64,000 bases of DNA from Armatimonadota bacterium (lineage in GTDB: Bacteria; Armatimonadota; SYMT01), in assembly GCA_046292385.1 (NCBI GenBank), contig JBKBRF010000014.1, positions 56,234 through 120,233 on the forward strand, given 5' to 3'. This document shows positions 39,311 to 49,092 of this stretch, piece by piece. The notes beneath the pieces are model-generated. The model saw only the letters and a list, made by a program, of their open reading frames with translations, searched no databases and was not told the origin of the DNA. How positions within the stretch are numbered: position 1 is the first letter of the stretch; every line of letters starts with the position of its first letter. The translations under genes were made by a program, and so were the position numbers.

Positions 39311-40513
39311 TCAGGCAGTGAGGCCGAGGTAGCGGGGCTGCCAGTCGGGGAAGACGCGGTCCAGGTGCGGGTTGTGCAGCCGGCGCTCCACGATCTCGCC
39401 CAGGATGTCCCGGTAGTCGGTGGTGACGCGCAGGTTGCCGTCGCGGTCCAGCTCGTCCTTGGAGAGGCCGGGCCAGCGGCCGTAGACCTTGCCGCCCCGG
39501 ATGCCGCCGCCGAGCAGGAACATGGCGCTGCCGCGGCCGTGGTCGGTGCCGAGGCCGCTGTTCTCGTGGACGCGGCGCCCGAACTCGGTCATCGCGACCA
39601 CCGTCACGCGCTTCATCCGGCGCTCCAGGTCGGCGTGGAAGGCGTGGAGCGACTTCCCCAGGTCCTGCATCAGGCCGCTCATCAGCGTCACCTGCGCCAC
39701 GTGGGCGTCCCAGCCGCCGAGGTCGACGGAGGCGATCTCCAGGCCCACGTCGGCCTTGATGAGCTGCGCCACCTGCTTGAGGCCGCGGCCCAGATCGGTC
39801 TCCGGATACGCGGCGCCGCCGGAGGGGGCGTAGTCGTCCGGCTTCAGGCGGTCGAGCCGGCCGAGCAGCTCGAAGATGTGCCCGCCCGCGGTGCGGGCCG
39901 CGTCGCCTTCGCCGGGATAGAGCTCCGTCAGCAGGTCGCGGTAACCGGACGGCCAGCCATCCGGAACGGCCAGGCGGAACTCCGAGAGGGAGCGGACGGC
40001 GGTCGCCTGGGTGCTGCCCTGGAGCGACTTCGGCAGCACGTCGCCGAACGCGACGGCTCGCATCGGGGAGCTGTTGCCGGTCTCGCGGGTCGCCAGGTGG
40101 CGGCTGATCCAGCCGCTGGCGGTGCTGTTCCCGTCCGAGACGCCGCGCTCCATCGTCTGCATCGCCTCGAAGTGGGAGAGGGTGGTGTCCGGGCTGCCGC
40201 AGGCGTGGACCACCGCCAGCCGCTTCTCCTGGAACAGCTCCGCCAGCGGCGCCAGGTCCGGGTGCAGCCCGAAGAAGCCGTCCAGGTCCACGGCGCCGGC
40301 CGCCTTCCCGGGGTCGGCGATCGCCAGGGTGGGGCGCTGGCGCTGGTAGGAGGGGTCGGCGAACGGCGGGACGGTGTGGACGCCGTCCATGGCGCCGCGG
40401 AGGAAGATCACTACCAGCACGTCGCCGGCCCCCGGCGCTTCGGCGAAGACCATCCGCGGGCGGGCGGCGCCGCGCAGCAGGTCGCGGCGGGAGAGGGAGC
40501 GAGTCGCGGGCAT
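39311..40513 (-). CDS. DUF1501 domain protein
   Basis: Read on the minus strand: LVVIFLRGAMDG, FGLHP, SHF, GGWDAH, TEFGRR..EN..GTDHG and TTDYR. Confidence 0.9.
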   Translation of the reverse strand: MPATRSLSRRDLLRGAARPRMVFAEAPGAGDVLVVIFLRGAMDGVHTVPPFADPSYQRQRPTLAIADPGKAAGAVDLDGFFGLHPDLAPLAELFQEKRLAVVHACGSPDTTLSHFEAMQTMERGVSDGNSTASGWISRHLATRETGNSSPMRAVAFGDVLPKSLQGSTQATAVRSLSEFRLAVPDGWPSGYRDLLTELYPGEGDAARTAGGHIFELLGRLDRLKPDDYAPSGGAAYPETDLGRGLKQVAQLIKADVGLEIASVDLGGWDAHVAQVTLMSGLMQDLGKSLHAFHADLERRMKRVTVVAMTEFGRRVHENSGLGTDHGRGSAMFLLGGGIRGGKVYGRWPGLSKDELDRDGNLRVTTDYRDILGEIVERRLHNPHLDRVFPDWQPRYLGLTA

Positions 40514-40518
40514 CGGTT

Positions 40519-42036
40519 CTACCTCCACTGGAACTCCGGCGCGGAGAGCAGCATGGCGAGCTGCGGACCCGCTGCGTCCTCTTTTCGGCCCTCGGCCAGG
40601 GCGGCCAGCTTCTTTAGCACCGGCTCGGCCAGCGGGCGGCCCAGCACCAGGCGCGAGAGGGAGCGCGCGACCTCCACCGGCTCCTTCTTCCCCGTGGCGC
40701 GGGCGAGGCCCGGGGCGTCGACCGACGTGCCGTCGATCTTGCCGTTCAGCAGGTCGAGCGCGAAGTTCCACCGGGCGAGCAGGCTGGGGGTCCAGGCGTC
40801 GACTCGCTCCGGGTAGCCGTCCGGCATGGTCCACTTGTACGGGAGCTGGCCCATCCGCTCCAGGTAGGGGAGCACCCCGACGCCCTGGGTGTCGGCATTC
40901 AGCACGCGCAGCGCGGAGACCGCGTAGTCGAACGGCCGCTTCAGCTTCCGGTCGGGGCCCCGCTGCAGCTCCCGGCTGCGGAACAGCTCCGAGAGGACCT
41001 GGCGAAGGTCGCCGTCGGTCTTCGTAAAGACCTCCGCGAGCCGGGCGGTGAGGCGCGGCTGCGGGCGGTCCGAGACGAAGCGGCGGCAAAGCTTGCGCGC
41101 GATGAACCGTGCCGTGCTGGGGTGCCCGCAGACGAGGTCGATCACCTGCTCGCCGTCTTTCAGCCCCTGCCCGGGGGGAATCTTCACGCCGAGCACCCGC
41201 TTGGGGCCGTCGTCGTGGTGCTGCGGCTCGAAGGTGAAGTCGCCGGGCCAGAAGCTGAAGCCTTTCTTGTAGCTCCAGCCGCTGAAGCAGCGGGCCACTT
41301 CCTGGATGTCTTTCAAGGTGTAGCCGCCGTCCACGCCGAGCGTGTGCAGCTCCAGCAGCTCTCGCGCGTAGTTCTCGTTCGCGCCGGAGCCGGTCTTCGG
41401 ATCGCGCTTGTGGTTCTTGTCGTTGTCCAGGTAGAAGAGCATCGCCGCGCTGTGCGCGGAGGCGGAGACGAGGTCCCGGAACCGGCCCAGGGCGTGCTTC
41501 CGGATCTGGCGGTCGTCCACCGTCTTCAGCCAGGAGCATTCCGCCTTGAGCTGGCTGACGTTGAAGTGATCGGTCCAGAGCTCCACCATCACCTGCTCGA
41601 GCTGGCGGCTGCTGTAGACCGCGCGGAGCACGCATGCCTGCTGGAGCTCGATCGCCGCCTGGCCCTGGCCGACCTCCGGATAGGTCGCCATCTCGAAGTC
41701 CTGCGCGTCGGAGGCGTCCATGTTCAGCGTGTCGAGCGGGAGCAGGCGCATCCACGCGGCGCGGCTCTCGTCGATCGTCTCCGGCGAGAGCTGTTCCTCC
41801 AGGTAGGCGTCGGTGCCGATCTCCCGCACCCGTTCCAGGTCGCCCGGGCGGGGCCCGAACGCCGCGCGGTTGAGCAGCCGCCACGCCGGATCGACCGGCT
41901 CCGCTTCCGCCGCGCCGATCCGCTCCGGCAGCTCCGGGACGGAGAGCCGGCGGGTCACCTCGCTGCAGCCGGAGATCGCCGCGGCGCCGGCGGCGCCCGC
42001 CGCCAGCTTGAGCAGCTCCCCACGTGAGAGTCTCAT
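40519..42036 (-). CDS. DUF1800 domain protein
   Basis: LLNRAAFGPRPG, QLEQVMVELWTDHFNV, AMLFYLDN, NENYARELLELHTLG and C-terminal SAPEFQ; directly upstream of DUF1501. Confidence 0.92.
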   Translation of the reverse strand: MRLSRGELLKLAAGAAGAAAISGCSEVTRRLSVPELPERIGAAEAEPVDPAWRLLNRAAFGPRPGDLERVREIGTDAYLEEQLSPETIDESRAAWMRLLPLDTLNMDASDAQDFEMATYPEVGQGQAAIELQQACVLRAVYSSRQLEQVMVELWTDHFNVSQLKAECSWLKTVDDRQIRKHALGRFRDLVSASAHSAAMLFYLDNDKNHKRDPKTGSGANENYARELLELHTLGVDGGYTLKDIQEVARCFSGWSYKKGFSFWPGDFTFEPQHHDDGPKRVLGVKIPPGQGLKDGEQVIDLVCGHPSTARFIARKLCRRFVSDRPQPRLTARLAEVFTKTDGDLRQVLSELFRSRELQRGPDRKLKRPFDYAVSALRVLNADTQGVGVLPYLERMGQLPYKWTMPDGYPERVDAWTPSLLARWNFALDLLNGKIDGTSVDAPGLARATGKKEPVEVARSLSRLVLGRPLAEPVLKKLAALAEGRKEDAAGPQLAMLLSAPEFQWR

Positions 42037-42050
42037 CGCGCGCTCCCGTC

Positions 42051-42626
42051 TCACTCGCCGACCAGGAACTGCGGCTGCGCCTCCCCGTACGCCGGCCGCG
42101 CCGGGTGGGTGGCCTCGGCCGCGGGGGCGGGCTGTGCGGCCGGGGCCGTCCGCGGCTGCCGCCGCGCGATCGCCATGGCGCCCGCGCCGATGGAGATCGC
42201 GGCCGTGACCGGGAAGTAGATGAACCAGCCGACCACCGGCAGCCAGCCGGGCAGGGCGGTGCAGAGGGCGCCGCCGACCAGCGCGGCGATGGAGCGCTCC
42301 TGGCCCGTGGTGCGGCGGATGCGCGCGGCGAGCTGCCGCGCGATGCCGGCGCCGCCGATCACCGCGGAGACCAGCATGGGGCTCAGCACGATCCACCCGA
42401 GGAGCTGCAGGCCGCCGACCTGGCTGCTTAGCAGAGCCACCGCCAGCGTGAAGAAGAGCGCGAAGATCCCCAGGCCCACGAAGCCGCAGAGGTAGGGGCG
42501 CCGCTCCACCCGCTCCCGAGCGCGCTCCACCGGGTTCGGCAGCATCAGGTTCGCCCAGACCAGAATCGCCGTGTGCGTCACCACGAACCCGATCACGAAC
42601 CAGACCACCGTCAGCACGTTCGCCAT
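42051..42626 (-). CDS. Hypothetical membrane protein (4-5 TM)
   Basis: RBS AAGGAG; hydrophobic segments; LPVVGW motif. Confidence 0.8.
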   Translation of the reverse strand: MANVLTVVWFVIGFVVTHTAILVWANLMLPNPVERARERVERRPYLCGFVGLGIFALFFTLAVALLSSQVGGLQLLGWIVLSPMLVSAVIGGAGIARQLAARIRRTTGQERSIAALVGGALCTALPGWLPVVGWFIYFPVTAAISIGAGAMAIARRQPRTAPAAQPAPAAEATHPARPAYGEAQPQFLVGE

Positions 42627-42787
42627 GACGTCACTCCTTCCGATGCCCCTTCTGACACAACAGATTCTGCCCCGGCACCGGGTGCACTCGGACTGTGCTT
42701 TGACGCACGCGCGGCGAGGAAGAAACGAAAAACGCCTGCCTCGGGAGCGAGACAGGCGTTCGGATGCGGGATGACGGGATGAGCGCG

Positions 42788-43030
42788 CTAATGCCGTGTG
42801 GGGCTGGCCTCTCGGATCTCGTAAGTGACGCAGATGCTGGAGATCTGGGAGAGCATCCGCTGCTCGATCGCCTCCAGCTCTCCGCGCAGCTCGATCGGCG
42901 TCAGGTTCTCCGCGGAGCTGCGCAGGTTGGCGGCGGCCTGGTAGCCGTCCTGGAACACTTCCACGATGCGCTCCAGCGCGTCCTGGCAGGGGGTCAGTTC
43001 CTTATTCAAAGCTGGGAGCCGCAGGTCCAT
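42788..43030 (-). CDS. Small hypothetical helical protein
   Basis: RBS GGAGG before ATG; host-like codon usage. Confidence 0.6.
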   Translation of the reverse strand: MDLRLPALNKELTPCQDALERIVEVFQDGYQAAANLRSSAENLTPIELRGELEAIEQRMLSQISSICVTYEIREASPTRH

Positions 43031-43215
43031 ACGTTGCCTCCCGGACGAGTCTCAGCCGGGGCTGGGGTGAGTTGGATGGTTCGACTTCCCTGCCGACAGG
43101 TTTGTTCGGACCGGAAGCGTTCGCCCTCGATTTCCGTTCGATTCGCGATGGCGGGCGGGCTTCCCTCTTCCATCCGTCAAATCGGAAAACCAGGCCAGCT
43201 TTCGGACCGCTGCGA

Positions 43216-43887
43216 CTACTCGGCGAACGGCCACTCCACGCCTTCGCCGCTGGCGGCGGAGACCTTGCGCTTGATGCGCATGAGCGCGTTGTCGACCGAC
43301 TTCGTCTTGCACTGCAGCTCCCGGGCGATCTCCCGGTACGACTTGCCCATCTGATAGCCGGCCAGCACGCGCCACTCGAACTCGCTGAGCATCTGGTGCA
43401 GCAGGGAGCGCAGCCGGATGGTGTCTTCCGTCCGCAGGATCACGTGCTGGGGATCCAGCTCGTCCCCGGACTGCAGCACGTCCGCCATGTTCCACTCGGA
43501 GGCGTCGTCATCCGCCGGCACCTCCAGAGAGAGCGAGCTGTTCAGCGGCACCTGCTTCTGGCGGGTGGCCGCCTTGATCGCAGTGATAATGTGCCGGTGG
43601 ATGCAGACTTTGGCAAACGCCGGGAACGACGTCGCCTTGTCGTGGCGGTAGTCCACGATCGCCTGCCAGAGGCCGATCATCCCCACCTGCAGCAGGTCCT
43701 CGCGCTCCGCGCCGACGAGAAAGTACGACTTGACCTTGCTGCGTACCAGGTTCCGGTACTTGTAGAGGATGTGCTCGGCAGCGTCGCGGCGGCCTCGCTG
43801 GGCGAGCGAGACTACCTGAAAGTCCGGCCACTGCGCGTAGCGCGTGCCGGTCGAGCCGTCGTCGTTAAGGTCGAAAGAGTCCCTCAT
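43216..43887 (-). CDS. sigH: RNA polymerase sigma factor, SigH (sigma-30)-like
   Basis: YFLVGAEREDLLQVGMIGL, IITAIKAATRQKQVPLNS and SYREIA...KSVDNALMRIKRK, characteristic of the Firmicutes-type SigH family. Confidence 0.88.
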   Translation of the reverse strand: MRDSFDLNDDGSTGTRYAQWPDFQVVSLAQRGRRDAAEHILYKYRNLVRSKVKSYFLVGAEREDLLQVGMIGLWQAIVDYRHDKATSFPAFAKVCIHRHIITAIKAATRQKQVPLNSSLSLEVPADDDASEWNMADVLQSGDELDPQHVILRTEDTIRLRSLLHQMLSEFEWRVLAGYQMGKSYREIARELQCKTKSVDNALMRIKRKVSAASGEGVEWPFAE

Positions 43888-44363
43888 CCCGCTTCGGATT
43901 TCTCGCAAAGGCCTACGCTGGCCAAGCCGGGTCCTGGTGTTACTCCCAGGCAGGACCTGAACGGGGACAGGCTAGCTCAGGGCCGGTTGATCAACTTACG
44001 GCATAGTTCGCCGTCGATAGCCGTCATTCCTGCCCGGAGGCCCGCTCCGGAGAGCGGCTCTGGGTGGGAATCTCGAATGTGCACCGCGGTACCGTGAGTG
44101 GGGCCCGTGATTCCGGGCGGGCGTGTGAGGGGTATCGACCCGGTCTCCGGAGTCGTGCGCCGCGGAGAGCGGCGACGGGTTACGGTACCTACCCTAGTAA
44201 GATGTCGTCGCAAACCTCCGAGTTTCAAGCGAGTTTAAGCGCCGAGCCGAACAGGCCTGCTCGGCTCCGCTAGCAACCGAGCCTGTCCGGATCGGCTCTT
44301 TGGTGGGTGGGGCGGGGGCTCTCCCGGCGGCAACCTGACTTCTGACCGGGATATGGCGCATAA

Positions 44364-45758
<1,395 letters not shown>

Positions 45759-45825
45759 GCACCCGAAGTGGGTGAAAAGGAGAGTGGGCGAGGGGGAGCT
45801 CCGCCCCTCCTTCTCCGAGGTTGAC

Positions 45826-45856
45826 GCGGCGCCTCACCGAGCTGGTGAGGCGCCGC
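45826..45856. terminator. Hairpin between convergent eno and nucleotidyltransferase genes
   Basis: gcggcgcctcacc-gagct-ggtgaggcgccgc (13-bp perfect stem). Confidence 0.7.
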
Positions 45857-45880
45857 GCTTCGTTCTGGGCCGGACCCCCT

Positions 45881-46717
45881 CTATGCCGGGGCGGCTATTC
45901 CCGCATCCGCCATCAGGTTGGCAGTGAGGTGGCGCTCGGCGGCGGCGTAGTCTTCCGGCTCGTCGATGTCGAGCGCGATTTCCGGGTAAGGGGAGACCAC
46001 GGCCCCCAGGCCGACGTGGAAGTGCTCTCCGGCGATCTGGAGCGTCTCCTGCAGCGTGGTGAGCTGCTGCGTCACCATGCTCCAGGCGAACCGGAGGAAG
46101 AGCGACGGGCCTAGCTCCCAGGCGAAGCGGAGGTTGTTCTTGCGCGCCTCGTAGAGCCGGTCGAGCCGCTCCTTCACCTCCTCGGCGGCGGGGAACTCCT
46201 TACGGGCCAGGAAGAGGTTTCCGTGGGCGTAGCGGCCGTCCGCGAAGTCGGCGAACTTGTGGTCGCCCTCCTCGTACCGGCCGAGCACCTCGCTGCGGAC
46301 CCAGCTCGTCACGAGGTCGGCGTCCTGCCGACGGGCGTGCTCCACGAAGTGGTCGATCATCTCCGGGCGCAGCAGCGGCTGGTCCGGATGGCAGAAGAGC
46401 ACCCGCGGCGTGCCGGCGGCCTGCAGTCCGCAGTAGGCGTTGTCGAGCAGCGTCTCGCACTCCGGCACCGTCTCCACGCGCTCCCACCGCTGCACGTAGG
46501 AGTGGACCACCGGAGCGCCGACCACCAGAATCCGGTTGACGGTGCGAGCCCGGCAGAGGGCGTCGAGCACGTAGTCGACCAGCGGCTTCCCGAGCATCGG
46601 GACCAGCGCCTTGTAACCCGGCGCTTCCCCCGGCCGCAGCGCGACGCGGTTGATCGACCCGGTCAGCACCACCGCGTCGACCGGCGCCCGCTCTTCCATT
46701 CCTCGCCCGTCATCCAT
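45881..46717 (-). CDS. Nucleotidyltransferase family protein (MobA-like NTP transferase fold)
   Basis: DAVVLTG, KALVPMLGKPLVDYVLDAL, DQPLL and C-terminal DIDEPED. Confidence 0.82.
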   Translation of the reverse strand: MDDGRGMEERAPVDAVVLTGSINRVALRPGEAPGYKALVPMLGKPLVDYVLDALCRARTVNRILVVGAPVVHSYVQRWERVETVPECETLLDNAYCGLQAAGTPRVLFCHPDQPLLRPEMIDHFVEHARRQDADLVTSWVRSEVLGRYEEGDHKFADFADGRYAHGNLFLARKEFPAAEEVKERLDRLYEARKNNLRFAWELGPSLFLRFAWSMVTQQLTTLQETLQIAGEHFHVGLGAVVSPYPEIALDIDEPEDYAAAERHLTANLMADAGIAAPA

Positions 46718-47086
46718 TCCGCTTCCCCTCTACCCGCGGTACTCGGCTGCACGCCGGTCCCTCGCTCTATTGTTTCCCCGATCCCACCTCCGGTTACCAT
46801 CCCGCGCGGTCGACGGGTAGGCCAGTACTACCAGACCGGCGCGAAAGTTACGCTTGGAGCCGGTCGGCTACTGACCCACAAGCCGGTTCTCGCCGCTCGC
46901 TCCGGCACCCGCCTCCGAGGAGCAGGCTCTCCCGCTCACGAAGAGTTCGGATTCATCCCTCATCCCTCCGCCTTCATCCTTCTGTTTGCTCTCCCGCCGC
47001 TTCGGGTATATGCGGCCGGCTGCCGGACCGGCCGGCGCCATCTCCCCCGGCGCCAGTGCTTCGGGCGAATGAAGAGCGAGCAAGCG

Positions 47087-48031
47087 ATGCAGCGGCAGTG
47101 GTGGCACGTTCGGCCCTGGTTGATGCTCCTGTGCGGGGCGGCGCTGGCGACGGCGCTGCCGTTGTCTGCCGTGTCGCAGGGAAGCTCCACGTGGGAAGTG
47201 GTGCCGAACTGGCCGGAGAAGCCGGCGGCGCGGGCCGCGGCCGATTACAGCTACATCGACATCACGGGGGTGGCGGTGGGCCGGGACGGCCGCGTTTACG
47301 TCTGCCACGGGCACCCGGCCAAGGCGAAGGTGGTGGTCTTCGCGGCGGACGGCACCTACCTCAGCTCCTGGAAGACGGACGTGCTCCGGGAGCCCCACAC
47401 GATCCGGACCGCGCCCGACGGAAACCTGTGGATCACCGACTTCTATACCAACCAGGTGAGCAAGTGGAGCCCGGAGGGGGAGCTGCTGGCGCTCTACGGC
47501 ATCCGCGGGCGGGGCCGCCGGGACGAGCGCCACTTCATGGGGCCGAACGACGTCGCCTTCGCGCCGAACGGCGACGTCTACGTGGCGGAGGGGGACGGCG
47601 ACCGGATCGTCCACCTCTCCGCGGACGGCCGCTACCTCGGCTCCTGGGGCCAGCGTGGCCGCCGGCCCGGAATGGTCTTCTTCCCGCACTCGATTGCCAC
47701 CGACGCCGCCGGGCGGGTCTACCTGGCAGACCGGAAGAACAAGCGGGTGCAGGTCTTCGCGGCGGACGGCACCTTCCTGGCGCAGTGGAAGAAGGTCGGC
47801 ACTCCCTACGCGCTTTTTATCGACCGCCAGCAGCGGGTCTACGTGGCGGACGGCAAGAAGGGGACGATCCGGACCTTCACGACGAGCGGCCAGCTGCTGG
47901 AGAAGTTCGGCCGCTGGGGCCGCGCGCCCGGCCGCCTGCAGGAGCCGCACGGCCTCTGCGTGGATGAGGCGGGGAATCTTTACGTGGCGGACGGCTATGG
48001 CAAGCGGGTGCAGAAGTTTGTGAGGCGATAG
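47087..48031 (+). CDS. NHL-repeat beta-propeller (peptidyl-alpha-hydroxyglycine lyase-like), exported
   Basis: Signal peptide; WEVVPNWP; repeats P-H/N-x-(I/V)A...G.VY(V/L)AD. Confidence 0.88.
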   Translation: MQRQWWHVRPWLMLLCGAALATALPLSAVSQGSSTWEVVPNWPEKPAARAAADYSYIDITGVAVGRDGRVYVCHGHPAKAKVVVFAADGTYLSSWKTDVLREPHTIRTAPDGNLWITDFYTNQVSKWSPEGELLALYGIRGRGRRDERHFMGPNDVAFAPNGDVYVAEGDGDRIVHLSADGRYLGSWGQRGRRPGMVFFPHSIATDAAGRVYLADRKNKRVQVFAADGTFLAQWKKVGTPYALFIDRQQRVYVADGKKGTIRTFTTSGQLLEKFGRWGRAPGRLQEPHGLCVDEAGNLYVADGYGKRVQKFVRR

Positions 48032-48049
48032 GGCTTTAGCTGTTCCCGA

Positions 48050-49060
48050 TGCCTGGGTTCCCCGGGGCATTTGGCATTGCTTGTCTTGGCAGTCGCGACT
48101 ACCGTCTCGTGAGTTCCCGCTGCGCCCTTGGCGTCGTATATCCTGACGTTCCCGGCTACCCGCCCGGAGGTCCCCCCTGCGCCCTTGGCCCTCGGACCAG
48201 CCCTCCCGCGCCGGTGGCCCTCCGCGGGCCTTTTCACGCTCCGCCTCCGGCTCCGCTAGCAGGCCGCTCCGGGAGTGCACATCGATAAGCTCTGCCCGCG
48301 TCAGTAACGGGCGATCGTCTCAGAGCTGGCGCTTACGGGCTGGTCCGAGGGCCTTCGAGCGACCCTCCCCCACCGGGGAGGGTCACAAGTGCCCGCCTCC
48401 GCTCCGCTGCGGCGGCCTCAGTCCCTTCTGTCGGCAGTGGTGCAATAGTCGCGTTCAGCTCCTCTGTGGATCAGTCCGGCGACCGCGTGAGACGAAGGTC
48501 CCGGGAGCGATCGAGAGATTGGCCCCGCCCACCGTCGACTCTTGCCAGTGCGGCATCATCCGCCGCCCCTCCGGGGCTCCAGTCCGCCGTGAGGCGATAA
48601 CTCCATCGCGGACTAGCACCGCCCAAACCAAGGCCGCCGGAGCGAGAGCGGAGGCGGTCACTGTGACCCTCCCCGGTGGGGGAGGGTCGCTCGAAGGCCC
48701 GCGGCTCGGCCCGTGAACCTGGCCCTGGTGGCGGTAGAGCGCAGTGGCGCGGGCAGAGCATATCGATGTGCACTCCCGGAGCGGCCTGCTAGCCCGGAGG
48801 GCGTGAAAAGGCCGCGGAGGGCCTTCGTCGCGGGAGGGCCGGGCCGCGGGACAAGGGCGCAGGGGGAACCCTCGGGCGGGTAGCCGTGAACGACAAAACA
48901 AACGACGCCACTATGACGCAGGCGGAAACCTCGGGCGGGTAGCCCCGAACGCCAAGACAATAACCGCCGAAGGCACAGGCGGAAACCTCGGGACAGTAGC
49001 CGCGAACGCCGAGATAGACCCGGCCGAAGGCAAAGGGGGAAACCGAGGCCGGTCGCACGG
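48050..49060. mobile_element. Composite non-coding inverted element: two ~260-bp inverted cores, each with outward 57-bp tandem units
   Basis: 48150-48418 is an imperfect reverse complement of 48631-48886. Units of 57-59 bp start at 48859, 48918, 48975 and 49032, with mirror units at about 48066-48180. Confidence 0.7.
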
Positions 49061-49092
49061 CACGGGGTCGTGCAACCGGCCACCGAAAGGCC

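Noticed and set aside
44088..44189. Possible structured RNA (GGTACCGTGA...TTACGGTACC closing stem) between sigH and eno
   Set aside because: Only about 10 bp of clear pairing and no recognisable family features; too weak to call without folding and covariance analysis.
48859..49060. CRISPR array interpretation of the 57-bp units
   Set aside because: The repeats are degenerate, the would-be spacers resemble each other (gccgaaggc, gccaagacaa), and no cas genes are in the window.
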